The notes beneath the pieces are model-generated. The model ran no database searches and was not told the DNA's origin. It was given only the letters and a program-made list of their open reading frames with translations. This document shows positions 40,357 through 55,551 of a stretch of DNA of 64,000 nt, piece after piece (the first letter of the stretch is position 1; every line of letters starts with the position of its first letter). The stretch spans positions 40,052,001-40,116,000 of the forward strand of contig OX597837.1 of NCBI GenBank assembly GCA_951406725.2. The letters are read 5' to 3'. The translations under genes were made by a program, and so were the position numbers. This DNA comes from Octopus vulgaris (lineage: Eukaryota).

Positions 40357-40645
40357 GTGTGTGTGTGTGTCTGCTTGTATGTATTGTGTATGTGTGTATA
40401 TATATAAATAATCTTTCTGCCTTCATGTGCCTATATATGTCTATATGTGTATATAGTTGCATTTGTCTTGCATGTATACATGTGTACGGGGATGTATATG
40501 TAGGATATATATATATATATATTCTTTTATTCTTTTACACGCTTCAGTCTTTGTAATCCTAGTACTTACTCTCATCGGTCTCTTTTGCCGAACCTCTAAG
40601 GTTAGGGGGACTTAAACACACTATCATCAAACAAAGACACAACGC

Positions 40646-40696
<51 letters not shown>

Positions 40697-41307
40697 TGTG
40701 TGTGTGTATATATATATGTATGTATATGTATTATATATACATACACATATACATAAATCTACTTTCTGCCAAGAAGTAACAGTGAAAAATAGAGTATACG
40801 GCGGGATTCCTTCAGTTTTCGTATAACAACTTCAATGACAAGTTTTGGTCGGCCTGAGGCTATAGTAGATGGTGCAAAGCAGTGGGACTGAACTCGGGAC
40901 CGTGGCTGGGAAACATACTTCTCACCACACAGCCACACCTGCACCTGTACACACACACACACACACACATATTTAGGCATCTTTATGTGTACATGTATGT
41001 ATAGACGTGTATGTATATGCGTGTATGTGTGTAAATTTATGTATGTCCGTGTATTTGTATTTGATTCTGATTTTAATTAAAACATGAAAAACCGATTTCG
41101 TTTGTCTGCAGTAAATTACAACTGACTGAACATCACTACATCACAATATTGATTTTTAATAACATCAGCTCGAAAAAAAATATATAATATTGAATTAGTA
41201 AATACAAGTAATTTAGTTGAAATCATTTAATTAGTGTCTTCATACGTTATTATTTTACATCGTGACTGTAATTCGTTTGATCATCACAGATTAAACGTGA
41301 TTGTTAG

Positions 41308-41474
<167 letters not shown>

Positions 41475-42119
41475 CACACAGATTCACATACACATATATA
41501 CACTCATGTATGTATTTTATCTTTATTGCTTGTTTTCTAGCGGCCATGCTAGGGCACCGTCTTGAAGGTTTTTAGTCGAACGAATCGACCCCCAGAACTT
41601 GTCCTTTCAAAGCTTGGCACTTAATCTGTCGGACTCTTCAGCTGAACCGTTATGTTACGGAAACGTAAGGAAACAAACACCGGTTGGCAAGCGAGGGTGG
41701 GAACACACACAAACACACACATATAAATATTCATACATACACACACACATGAGTGCACCCACACACATACCCATACGACATGCTTCTTGCAGTTACCCTC
41801 TACCAAACCTTCTCACTAGGCTTTGGTTGATTCGGGGCTATCAGAAAAGACACTAACGTGATCCTACAACCGCGAGTCCGCTGCCCTAACCACTGGGCCA
41901 TATATAGGTTGTATGGTGTAAATCTGAATTCTTTTGTGTCCTTTTTTTTACCAGGAACAACTTGATGTGTTGGTGGAGAGTCAGCGGCGTTGGAGAGCAT
42001 GAAGATTAAAATTGAAATGAGTATGGAAGTTGAGCATTAAGTACAAGTTTAGAAAATGTTAGCTGATAGGGAAGATTGACAACCATCTGGATATTGGAAA
42101 TATGTTGCAGACTATTGGA

Positions 42120-42590
42120 AAAATGTCATCGTGTGGAATGATAATTCCCACCGGATATCAAAATGCCAACATCACGGCTGCTATCTAATACTCTGAGCAT
42201 CGCAAAGAGTGTAAGATCTGACATGGATAGCTGCAACGAAGTCTACGAAGCCGTGGTCAGCATACATTCTGACTGCGTCAGCATCGTTGAATAGAGCCTT
42301 AGGCTGAATTCAAATGGATATGTGAAGCTACCGCAGACTGTTGTCAAATTCTGGTTGGATGAGGTTGCTAATGTGAGGCCAAATGTATCGCAACAGGATT
42401 CGGTTTGTGGCTATATCTGCGGGCGGAAAGAGTTACGAGTGGTTTTTGAAGAATTTCTATGGCTTCACCAACCCAAGTTTCTGGCCTCCTAATTTATCCT
42501 ATTGTGATAATATTGACAACTGTGTGTGGGACGCGGTTGAGAAAGGCACTAAGGATTCTGGCTGCCGCACTGTTGTAGTGAAAATGGTAT
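42120..42590 (+). pseudogene. Tc1/mariner (maT/DD37D-like) transposase relic
   Basis: LRLNSNGYVKLPQTVVKFWLDEVANVRPNVSQQDS/..EWFLKNFYGFTNPSFWPPNLSYCDNIDNCVWDAVEK. Confidence 0.82.
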
Positions 42591-42857
42591 TCCCCTTCCC
42601 GAAGGCGGCGAGCTGGCAAGAATCGTTAAGCACGCCGGGCGAAATGCTTAACGGTATTTCGGCTGCCGCTACGTTCTGAGTTCAAATTCCGCCGAGGTCG
42701 ACTTTGGAACAGCCTTTGAATAAGGCCTGTTCTGCAGAAATATTTGATGCTTGGTAAAACAGTCTACTATTATTTCTTTGTTACCAGAGCATTGTAATGA
42801 AGAGATTTGTGGGGTGGAAAATGTACCATTCTTGTTTACTTCACGCTGCTGATTTCC

Positions 42858-42913
<56 letters not shown>

Positions 42914-43913
42914 GAGAGAGAGAGAGAGAGACAGAGAGAGAATCTACCCCAGCACATGACTGATACTTTGTTGACTTCCGAAAGAATAAAATGTAAACTT
43001 GGCCTGCGTAGTATTTGAACCCACGGCACAGAGGATCACATCAAATACCACAAGCTATTCTTTTCGACCAATTCGCTGCCTCAGCTCTCTAGCAGGGTCG
43101 ATGTAATTGACAAACGTCATCTTCTATAAATTGCTAGCCTTGTGCTAAAGTTTGAAGCAATTATTTAATTTAAATATGAAAGCGTATTCCGTCCGTGAGT
43201 CGCTAGATGTAGCACTGGTTATAATGTTCTGTTCTATTTACTTATGAATATTTTTATATTATGAGTTCAAATCTAGCAGGAACTGCCATTGCCTTCCGAG
43301 GTCAATAAAATAAAGCACCAATTGTACTAAGAACTCGATACAACCACCTAGACTTCTCTCGCTCTGTAAATGTTCTGCGTATATTTGTACTTCAGCGAGA
43401 CATCATGATTTTCCTTCAAATTCTTCTCTCATCGATTTGTTGAAGGAATGTTTACATGCAGAAGAACTAGTCTCTAATTGCATGTTCTTGCTTCCTACCA
43501 GAGTCTCTGTGTAGTTAATTACAAGAATTGCTGTGCGCTGTAGGGGTTAGCTTACGGCGAAGCAAATCTTCCATCTGGTTATAATTTCCGTTTGCAAGAC
43601 ATTCTACTCAGTTTATACAGTTAACCAATTCGTGACCAAATTTCCAATCAAATATGCAACCGACGTCTTTGAATTTAATTTCAAATTAAAGAATTTAAAT
43701 AAATTCAGTAACATATGATTTTTTTTTTTTGAATGATAAAATTGATATTTGGATCTTGGAACACTGTTACGTATGATTTAAGGTTTTTCATTGGGATATG
43801 AATATTCTTAAAGAAGTGATCCTATATTTGAAGGGAAAGCGGTGAAACGATCAATATGGGATTGGAGTCAAAAGACTGGTATGAAGAATTGATTGAAGTT
43901 TTATTTAAAAACA

Positions 43914-44352
43914 GGTTTGAACGGCAGTTTTTAACATAACTTCTAAGTAACTAAAAAATTTTAAACTTCGTATACTGGTAGAATGTGCTTATAAAACATC
44001 TTTTTCTCTTGGCTCTATTAAGAAAATTCTATAGTTTGTAAGATATTTGTTGTTTTTTTTCTTCAATTTCTTCAATTTCAACCAATCACTGACGTCTATT
44101 GAGGTAAAAAAACATTCTGTCGTATGAATATGTCCCTCGTTTAAGAAACAGATTGAGTTTATTTACATTTTTGAAGAAAAATAGATACTCTTCCCCCCAC
44201 CCCTAACCCTAACCCAAACCTTAACTCACCCTAACTAACTCTAACCCTAAAACAGATTGAAATGCAATAGATCGATACTAGTGTTATAATTAAGGGTGAC
44301 AATTTCATATGACACCGCTAGAAAAAAACTGCCGTTCAAATCGAAAAGATCC
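43914..44352. mobile_element. MITE with an 8-bp TSD and internal telomere-like (CCCTAA)n
   Basis: TIR tttgaacggcagttttt / aaaaactgccgttcaaa; TSD taaaaaca at 43906-43913 and 44353-44360; CCCTAA units at 44201-44249. Confidence 0.85.
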
Positions 44353-44735
44353 TAAAAACATATTTTTAGAGGAAAAATAAAGAAAGGAAAAAATTAAACG
44401 TACAAAAGGTTAAATTAAAGAGAAAGGAACCTCAAAATTACTTCAACAAAGAAACAAAGAAACGGAAATCAATGGCGAGGTGGAATTAAGCAACAGAAGA
44501 TCGCGAGATAGTAGTAGGTTGGCTATTTATTTATTTATTCAGTTTGGTAAATGAACTTGGGTGTTCGCATCTCGAGAGACTTTGCACATTCAAGTAAGGC
44601 CGTGTATCAGTTAATTTCCTCCACTCATTTAAAGAGTAACGGTTCTGTGTTCGGGTGGGTTTCTTTTATTAGAGATAGCATTTAGATAAACTCATCGTTT
44701 TGAATCGCGATGATCACCGGGCATATGACTATATA

Positions 44736-45331
44736 TTCTTTTCTGCTCAAGGTACAACGCCCGGAATTTTTGGCGGAGGGGGCAAGTCGATTAGATCGAC
44801 TGGTACGCAACTGGTACTTAATTTATCGACCCCAAAAGGCTGAAAGGCAAAGTCGACCTCGGCGGAATTTGAACTCACAACGTACAGACAGACGAAATAC
44901 CGCTAAGCATTTCGCCCGGCGTGCTAACGTTTATTTTCTACTCTAAGCACAAAGCCCAAACTTTTTGGGCGAAGGGGCCACTAAATTAGATCGATCACAG
45001 TACGCAACTGGTACTTAATTTATCGACCCCGAAAGGATGAAAGGCAAAGTTGACCTCGGCGGAATTTGAACTCAGAACGTAACGGCATACGAAATACCTA
45101 TTTCTTTACTACCCACAAGGGGCTAAACACAGAGAGGACAAACAAGGGCAGACAAACGGATTAAGTCGATTATATCGACCCAAGTGCGTAACTGGTACTT
45201 ATTTAATCGACCCCGAAAGGATGAAAGACAAAGTCAACCTCGGCGGAATTTGAACTCAGAACGTACGGCAGGCGAAATACGGCTACGCATTTCGCCTGGC
45301 ATGCTAACGATTCTGCCAGCTCATCGCCCTA
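44736..45331 (-). mobile_element. SINE-D chain (beta, alpha, alpha in element orientation)
   Basis: Three cores; junctions gaaatacc|tatttctttact (45098) and ctaacgtt|tattttctact (about 44931). Confidence 0.9.
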
Positions 45332-46113
45332 AGATGGTTATATAATGTCCAATTTATTATTTGGTTACGACAAGGAAAACAACCCGAAAGTATAATGGTG
45401 GTAGCTTCTAATAGCAACCTACAGCACTACGCCGACTTCCCTCCAAGGAATATTAGGCGGAGAGGATAGACGTATGGATGGAGGGATTTAAGAACTGACT
45501 ATCCTGTGTTCTGGTGGTTTCCTTTTATAAGAAATAATATTTTGATAAAAAAAAAAAATGAAAATATTTTAGTTTCTAAAATTGTCATTTCCTCAGAGAA
45601 GAAAAACAAAATGGAGAATGCAATTGGAACAAAAACCGTCTCCATCTTTGTTTGAATCCTATCTTAATACGCTAATCCCTTCTTTCATAAATATTTCGTT
45701 ACTTTTCCTTTTCACTTAGTTATCTTAAGCGAACGACGTTGACTTGTTGACATTTTCTCAGTTTTACCCTAGGAACACAGACTCTCTCTCACACTTAGTT
45801 TCCCTCTCTCTTTCTCTCTTCTCTTCTTCCTTTCTTTCCTTCCTTCTCTCTTCCTCTTTTTTCTTTCTCTCTCTCGCTCCCTCATTCTCTTTGTTGCTAT
45901 GAAACATTAGCTTGCAAATATTTAATATGAAACGACGACAAATAAATCAATTTTATTGACTTAACAATGAATTTGCAAATACCCCCGAGATATTAAGTAA
46001 AACTCTTGAACTTTTACAATTTTCCCGTCATCAAATTCATAGATATTTCCCTGTTAAGGTTACAAGTACACATACGCACGCATATCTACATATATTATAC
46101 ATAAAGTGCGTAT

Positions 46114-46672
46114 TACAGTTCCATATTTAAGAGATGAGGAATTATGTACATTATTTACATTTGACGGACATTTGACGGGCATATGGCGTAGTGGTTAAGA
46201 GCGCGGACTACTAACCACAAGATTCCGAGTTCGATTCCAGGCAGTGAACTGAATAATAATAATAATAATAACATCGAAAATACCTATTTCTTTACTACCC
46301 ACAAAGGGCTAAACACAGAGAGGACAAACAAGGACAGACAAACAAATTAAGCCGATTATATCGACCCCAGTGCGTAAATGGTACTTATTTAATCGACCCC
46401 GAAAGGATGAAAGGCAAAGTCTACCTCGGCGGAATTTGAACTCATAACGTAAAGACAGACGAAATACTGCTAAGCATTTCGCCCGGCGTGCTAACGTTTC
46501 TGCCAGCTCGCCGCCTTTAACATCACAAATACCTTAGGATTGAGTACTCAGGTTCGAAATTTTCCCAAGACACCTGATGGGGGCTGAAGGGTATATCAAC
46601 CGAAACGTTATGTTAACAACAAACAAGATGAGGACAAATTTCCGTCAAATGTAAATAATGTAAATAATGTAT
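46114..46672 (+). mobile_element. tRNA-headed, hammerhead-bearing element with an inverted 5' copy of its 3' end; SINE-D nested at 46285-46517 (-)
   Basis: TSD ataaagtgcgtat at 46101-46113 and 46673-46685; inverted repeat 46148-46173 / 46636-46661; A-box at 46184, B-box at 46229; hammerhead motif 46570-46613. Confidence 0.8.
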
Positions 46673-47144
46673 ATAAAGTGCGTATATATGATTCTACATA
46701 TGCGTTTGAGAAGGCCTGATTGTTTCATAGCAGCAAGACCATATCCTTTCCTTCCCCTTGGCTTCAGGATATACCGTTGTACGTAATTCTCTATGCATAA
46801 CATGTTTAGCACACTTCAACATTTGATGGGGAAGTTAATGTAATATGAGAACCCCCTTCGTATCTATCTACTTATTCTATCGTTCTCTTTTTGCCGAATT
46901 GCTGACGTAAACATAACAGCATCGGTTCTCAAACGCTACTGAGGAGACAAACACAAACACCAACACTCAGACACATTAATACACACACACACATACAACA
47001 CACGTACACGCATATATATATATAAATAGATATATCTATCTATCTATCTATACATACATACATACATACATACATAGACACTTATATTAGCTGCTTCAGT
47101 CGCTAATAGCTAATATGCACATACGTGTGTGTGTATGTGTGCGC

Positions 47145-47177
<33 letters not shown>

Positions 47178-47548
47178 CGCACTGTGGGCTTCCATACGCT
47201 TTCCGTCTACTACATTCGAAGCTATAGCAGAAAACACCTACTCTAAGTGGCACCAAGCAGGGCTGAACCCGAAACCGCGTGCTTGCAAAGCGAGCTTCTT
47301 AACGACATAGGCATGACCGCATCTTTACGATTGCAGCGCCTAAAGGCGGCCATGTTCCAAAATACAATTTCTCACGTTGTTTTCTGTTTGAAAGTTGCAC
47401 AGAAACTTATTCAATTTTACTTCACATGCAGTAACACTCTAAGAGGGGTTTAATGAAGCGAAAACTTGCAGCGTAGGCTTTTGGTAATTTTGTATTATCG
47501 ACCTAAAATAATTTCGTATCAAGTACGCTCTTGATTCATCCATACACA

Positions 47549-47600
47549 TGCAAACAACAACAACAGCAAGAATAACAACAACAACGACAAAACCACCACC

Positions 47601-47644
<44 letters not shown>

Positions 47645-47673
47645 CAATAATAATAATAATAACGATAATAATA

Positions 47674-47704
<31 letters not shown>

Positions 47705-47823
47705 TGATAATAATAATAGTAATAGTAATAATAGTAATAATAATAATAATAGTAATAGTAATAATAATAATAATAATAATAACAATGATGATAATAATAA
47801 TAATAATAATAACGATAATAATA

Positions 47824-47854
<31 letters not shown>

Positions 47855-47898
47855 TGATAATAATAATAGTAATAGTAATAATAGTAATAATAATAATA

Positions 47899-47934
<36 letters not shown>

Positions 47935-47970
47935 GTATTAATAATAATAATTATGATAATAATAATAATA

Positions 47971-48033
<63 letters not shown>

Positions 48034-48051
48034 TAATAATAGTAGTAATAA
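47549..48051. repeat. (AAT)n array with a 150-bp higher-order duplication
   Basis: The variant pattern aacgataataataatagt.. recurs at 47661 and 47811. Confidence 0.9.
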
Positions 48052-48699
48052 CATGTGAGTGATCTAAGCGTATCAGAACTTAGAATACTATTTCTCCTTG
48101 TCCTTCACTTACATAAAACTCAACACCTAGATGAAATTAGGAAACCACACAAAATCTCTTATTTTCTCCTATACATAAAATACAACTTGTACATACTACA
48201 TCGAAATTCGTTGATTTATCAGCTTTTCCAAGCACAAATATTAATTACTTGTAGCTTCCGGCCAGAAAGTTATATTCAGAAGCACAGTTATTGTACTCCG
48301 TAACAATGCAAACAGTTCTTTCCTTTGGATGTGCTTATCAAATTATTGCCATTACACTTCGCTGATTTTCCTAACACGTCGTTTCACTGTTACGATTTAC
48401 CTGGAAACATATATTGTATCTAGAAGGCAAATATTTCGAGTATATTTCAGCGTGCCTCCGTTTCCACCCGGCAACAAACTGACAACATGAAATATATAAT
48501 TAGTTTATTTCCAGCATCTAAACATAACGCGTTTACACTTAACAGTAACACTGGCCACTGGACATGCTAGAAATAGAAACGAAAGCAAATCACCGTACAG
48601 TCATTGAACGTGCTAGAAATAGTAACCAAAGCAAACCTCTACGTGTCAGCTGATTGACAAAATGATTTTATGATTAAGTTGTACGTTTCCAGTGTCACG

Positions 48700-49640
<941 letters not shown>

Positions 49641-49989
49641 AAAAGATAAAAGATTCATGGATAGTGAATTTTATGGCAGCAAGTTCCATAATTAAATGAA
49701 AATAATTAAAAGAGGGAGAAAATTAAAATGAAGGACTAAAGCTGTTTAATTCTCTGAGGAACAGGGGCGGCCCTAATATAATAAAAGGTCTGGGTTAATA
49801 TAGCCCCACTAAAAATAAATTCAGGAAATATGGAAATTATAACATATTGTGTTTTACTTGTTTCAGCCATTGAAAGTGACGGGGAAGTAAACAAACCAGC
49901 ACTGTCGATCAGTGGGGGACAAATCACTCTCCGAACATCATCGATGGTAAGACAAAATATATGTTGTCGGATTAACGATTATAGAAGTA

Positions 49990-50228
49990 AGGCGCGTGCC
50001 CTAGTGATTAGGCTGTTGCGCTCCCGATCGCTAGTTCGTGGGTTCGATTCCTAGACCAGGGGGCGATTTGTGTTCTTCAGTTTTGAAAAACACTTCATTT
50101 CGTGTTGCTCCAGTTCTCTTTTCGAAGAGGCGGGGAGTGTTGGCCTGCTCGCCTAGCCTGCGGAGTGGTGTCATGTGGTGTCATTGGATAACTAAAATAA
50201 TGCAAAGCGCATTGTGACCATCAATGCA
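49990..50228 (+). mobile_element. SINE family C head and body with tail T1
   Basis: aaaacacttcatttcgtgttgctccag followed by gttggcctgctcgcctagcc..ctaaaataatgcaaagcgcattgtgacca. Confidence 0.8.
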
Positions 50229-50340
50229 TCACCATTGTTAGCAAACAGGAATTAAGTCCCCTTCTAGCGACGAGTAATTTTTTGTTAAGACTTTTGTTGT
50301 TGTTTTCCATCGAGGAAAAAGTGTTTTGTTGATATACGGG

Positions 50341-50388
<48 letters not shown>

Positions 50389-50467
50389 GAACATGTATGC
50401 GTACAAGATACATGTATGGAATAGGTGTACGTACGTATGTGTATCTATGTGTCTGTGTGAGTGTTGC

Positions 50468-50499
<32 letters not shown>

Positions 50500-50506
<7 letters not shown>

Positions 50507-50627
50507 AATTTCAACGGATTTCGCCCAAATCTGACATGGTTGTTACTTAGTTTGGTTTGAAATAAAGAACTTGATTAGCCTTAATAATCCTAACATAATC
50601 CCGTGCAAAGCCGGGTTATGCTGGTAG
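50500..50627 (+). mobile_element. degenerate non-autonomous Helitron 3' end
   Basis: cccgtgcaaagccggg hairpin followed by ttatgctgGTAG-t. Confidence 0.5.
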
Positions 50628-51305
50628 TAATATATTAAATACATTATGATATATGTGACAATAGCAAGTAAAAACCCCAAAGGTAAAATGCATAAATAAA
50701 GATGTAAAATAGCACCTGTAATTGCTAGAAATAAAAGCTAAAAAATATAACTCGAATAGCCACACAAAATCACCAATGTTAGACGACCTTCTACACCGTT
50801 TTTTCTATTAAATTCATTCACAATATTTTGGTCATTCGGGATGCCGCCGTGCTGCGGGACTGAACCGAAGAACATATGGTTACAAAGAGAGCTTCTTCAC
50901 CGCACAGTCATGCCTGCTGAATAAGTTTCATTACATTCATTCGACTTTAGTAAACTTAATATGATTCAAATTATATTCAATCACTTCCAATCTTGGAATT
51001 CTTTTTTCATTTTATACGTAAGAATTATTCCAGCTCATTCAATGGATTTCACCATACGTCTTTTTTCCTTTGTACACTAAACTTAGTACAAGATTTATGA
51101 TGTATTCTAAGCAAATTTATAACTTATTTTGCTATATTTTAATATTCTAATCCATTCTGTGCAAAATCTTCGTCTTACATTTCCTTCAAACGATCAACTT
51201 TCAATCTACTACATTCAGTTTCACGAAAATTTCTTTAAATCTGCTATCCTACGTATGTATGTACATGTATATACGGGTGTGATGTGTGTGTAGGATATAT
51301 ACATA

Positions 51306-51340
<35 letters not shown>

Positions 51341-51443
51341 TATATACATAAGTATATATATACACACATATATAGATATGCATTAATATATGTATGCATA
51401 CATATAGATATATGTATCTACCTACCAATCCGTCAGATCCTCC

Positions 51444-51513
<70 letters not shown>

Positions 51514-51660
51514 TCAATAATATATATGCATGCATACTTATAGATATATGTATCAACCTACCAGATGTCTTTCTCTCTCTCTCACACCCTCTCTCTATAT
51601 ATATTTGTGTGTATATGTATGTATATATACATATGTATGTATGTATGTATATATATATAT

Positions 51661-51868
51661 ATATATAAAAAGGAAATGAAGAAAATGCTGACAACTAATT
51701 GAAGTAATTTAAGTAATTTTTGTGAATGTTCTTTTACCGTTGCGCATTTGTTATGCTTATCAAAATATTTTGATAAGCATAACATGCGCAATGAACATTC
51801 ACCTAATTAAATTACTTAAATTACTTCAATTAGTTGTCAGCATTTTCTTCATTTCCTTTTTTATATAT
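51661..51868. mobile_element. spacerless fold-back palindrome, about 210 bp
   Basis: Outer arms of about 58 bp are near perfect; perfect 36-bp centre tgttatgcttatcaaaat|attttgataagcataaca. Confidence 0.92.
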
Positions 51869-51897
51869 CACCACTCGTGTTCGACATCTCCTTTTTT

Positions 51898-51955
<58 letters not shown>

Positions 51956-52367
51956 AAGAGATAGATGTATGTATGTATGCATGTATGTATATTGTATTTG
52001 GTTCCATTATATTAATCTTTACCTCTACATTCGCCAATAATAACGGGTAGTTTACACGCATATATACACCATCCGCTTTATCCAGTTTTGGTATTGAGAA
52101 CAATTCTTCAAAGGATGCACGGTTTACTTTCACTTCCGTATATAAAAACATAACGAACTCCGTTGCTTCCTCCCAACAAAGATTTTAAGGTGAAAACCTT
52201 TCAATAACATGGATATTTATCCTAACTCTTAACACAACTGCGCATGATTATGCATGTATGTATGTATGTATGTATGTATGTATGTATGTATGTATGTATG
52301 TATGTATGTATGTATGTATGTATGTATGTATGTATGTATGTATGCATGTATGTATGTATGTATTATG

Positions 52368-52400
<33 letters not shown>

Positions 52401-52737
52401 GAGTGTATGTATGTATGTATATATGAATCTATTATGTATGTATTATATATATATATGTGTGTGTGGAGGCGCGTGGCTTGGTGGTTAGGGTGTCAGCATC
52501 ATGATCGTAAGATTGTGGTTTCGATTCCTGGACCGGACGACGCGTTGTGTTCTTGAGCAAAACACTTCATTTCACGGTGCTCCAGTCCACTCAGCTGGCC
52601 AAAATGAGTACCGCTGAGATATACTGGCGTCCCGTCGAGCTGGGGAACAAATACGCCATTGAAACCGGGAAACCGGGCCCATGAGCACCACCCATTCGTT
52701 ATAGATAACGAAAGAAGGCCACACAACAGATTTATTG

Positions 52738-52880
52738 TATGGATCAAAACAGCTTGATTCAAATTCGTTGGTACTCTTGACGCTAGTCGTTCAAATTCAA
52801 ATTCAAAATGGCTGACGACTAGCATCACGCGTGAAACTTAAGAGTACCAACGAACAAGAATCAAATTGTTTTGATCCATA
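52738..52880. mobile_element. fold-back element, about 140 bp
   Basis: tatggatcaaaaca..ttcgttggtactctt..gctagtcgt pairs with acgactagc..aagagtaccaacgaa..tgttttgatccata. Confidence 0.85.
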
Positions 52881-53975
52881 TATATATATATTATATATAT
52901 GTGTGTGTGTGAGTTTGTGTATGTATGTATATAATAACGAAGACCGCTATAAGCAATATAAATAGATCGATGTACCTCCTCCGGCGAAATTACTTACTCC
53001 TCCCCCGAAATTATTAGCCCCCAGCTCCTCCAGAATTGCTGGCCTCGTGCCAAAATTTGAAACCTGATATTTCTCCCTTCAAACTTTCAATACCAATCAG
53101 AATATGTAGCATCCGAATGCATATACAGAATTTACAATCGTAGCCAAAAGACTGGAACATAGGCCGGAATATTAGAATTTTTATATTAAATGCTCAAAGT
53201 TATATATAATTGTTAATATAATATAACTTGGCGAAAAGCTTAGAACATAGGTCTGAAAATTAGATTTTTTATATTAAATGCCCAGTTCTATCCGTTGTAT
53301 ATATGTGAATCGAATTATTCTTGGGCATAACAATTTCAATTTTGTAAAAAGATGTTGCAAACTTTTGGCCGCGACTGTTTGCTCAATATTTTTTCTATAT
53401 AACACTGCGTTCCAATTTAATAACACTACAGTTCCAGATATTGTATAGCTTTCAGTAAAAATATGTATTGAATACATGTAGACTGTATTGATTTTAAACA
53501 ATCGTGTATAATACAAAGTTTGCATTATTTATTTACTGAAATTCGTTTTTTGTTCCTGTTGCTTTTCCATAATTCGCATGAATTATAATGATTTTGGGGT
53601 ATGGCGTCTAAGTGGTACTCTTTCACACTTTACCTAAAATATTGAAGACAACGCTGTTTCATATATATATATATATATTTTTATATATATATTTTTTATA
53701 TATATTTTTTATTTTTTTATTTTTTTATTTTATTTTTTTATTTTTTTATTTTTTTTATTTTATTATTTTATTTTTTTTTTTTTTTTATTTTTTTATTTTT
53801 TTATTTTATTATTTTATTTTTTTATTTATCTATTCTTTCATCTAACTTACCACTGACTCCTTGACCACTCCCCCAAGTATGATATTTTGCGCTATGCCTA
53901 CCCCCAAAAAGCCCCCCACCACCACTCCTTTAAACCTGCCTAAATGTATAAATGCTAATACAATTCTTGTTAAAT

Positions 53976-54026
53976 AGCTTCCTGAAGATTTCTCTTGAAT
54001 GAAACAGTACTAGTCCTGTAGAAGCT
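53976..54026 (+). ncRNA. type I hammerhead ribozyme motif within the element at 53976-54112
   Basis: Stem I AGCUUC/GAAGCU; CUGAAGA; weak stem II u-uuc ucuu gaa-u; GAA; stem III ACAG/CUGU; cleavage triplet GUA. Confidence 0.75.
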
Positions 54027-54367
54027 CCTTCTATATAATAAATTAATTTTACTCTGCTATGTATTGAGTACCTTACTTACTGTGGTTAACCCCGAATCAA
54101 CCCGGAACCTACATATATATATATTTATATAGATGTGTGTGCGTGCTGGTGTGTGTGTGTGTCTGTGTTTGTCTCCTCCGATTACTTGACAACCGACGTT
54201 GGAGTGTTTACGCCGCCGTAACTTAGTGGTTCGGCAAAAGACGGTGATAGAACAAGTACCAGGCTTACAATGAATAAGTCCTGGGGTCGATTTCTTCGAA
54301 TAAAAGGTGGTGCTCCAGTATAACCGTAGTCAAATGACTAAAACAAATGAGACAATAAAACAATAAA

Positions 54368-54415
<48 letters not shown>

Positions 54416-54589
54416 TTCGATTACAGTTTGTGTCGACCTAGTGAAGGGACGGTTATGGTTCAGTCTGATATAATGAATCCGTAAACACATATAAAACACC
54501 CAAGGGTGTATTTGTTTTCCCTCTGAATTAGATGCTAGAGTTGCTGTTGTACAACTGTACACACACTCCACAATTCAATTCCCAGAAGA

Positions 54590-54800
54590 GGAGATGTTGG
54601 TATATAAAAGTCATACTGGCTACGGTTTCGTGCCTATAATCACTTATGCCTGTAATCATAATGACCGAAAGAGTACGATCGCGAAAGAGTTCGGTCGAAA
54701 TGAGGCGGTGTTCTTCAGATGGGTCTTTGGGGTAACGTTACTCTTCGTGATGCGTAGCTCGGAGATCGGGCAGTTTCTCCAGTGTCGCCATGTCGGCAGG
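54590..54800 (+). pseudogene. degraded RTE-like LINE ORF fragment
   Basis: VYK..PIITYAC..GRNEAVFFRWVFGVT..MRSSEI resembles the RTE post-RT region. Confidence 0.5.
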
Positions 54801-55091
54801 GGTCAGACCTCCTGTATTGTGGACATGCGACTAGATTTTCGCGAGAGCGAATTGCAGGAACGATTCCTCAAGCTGAGGAATCATTCTCGAATCTTTCTGC
54901 ATAGGACATAAAAAACTGATGACAGTGACTTCGGAGTCTCGACCTGCTATTCTTCACAAACCAGTGGCTTGACCGAGCTTACATAATGCCACAACTCCAT
55001 TATTAAACTATAAAGACCCGTATCTTTCTTCCAGCACCTACCCTACAACTTAATTGCACGTACACCGGAGAACAAAACAAAATTTCCAGAT

Positions 55092-55551
<460 letters not shown>

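Noticed and set aside
43396-43514. Possible alternative terminal exon (RHHDFPSNSSLIDLLKECLHAEE..RVSV*)
   Set aside because: Short open frame with a modest acceptor and no recognisable homology; expected by chance
44201-44249. Telomere or chromosome-fusion site
   Set aside because: The tract is short and degenerate and lies inside a TIR/TSD-bounded element
53155-53290. Two-copy repeat with an 88-bp period
   Set aside because: Diverged local duplication with no further structure
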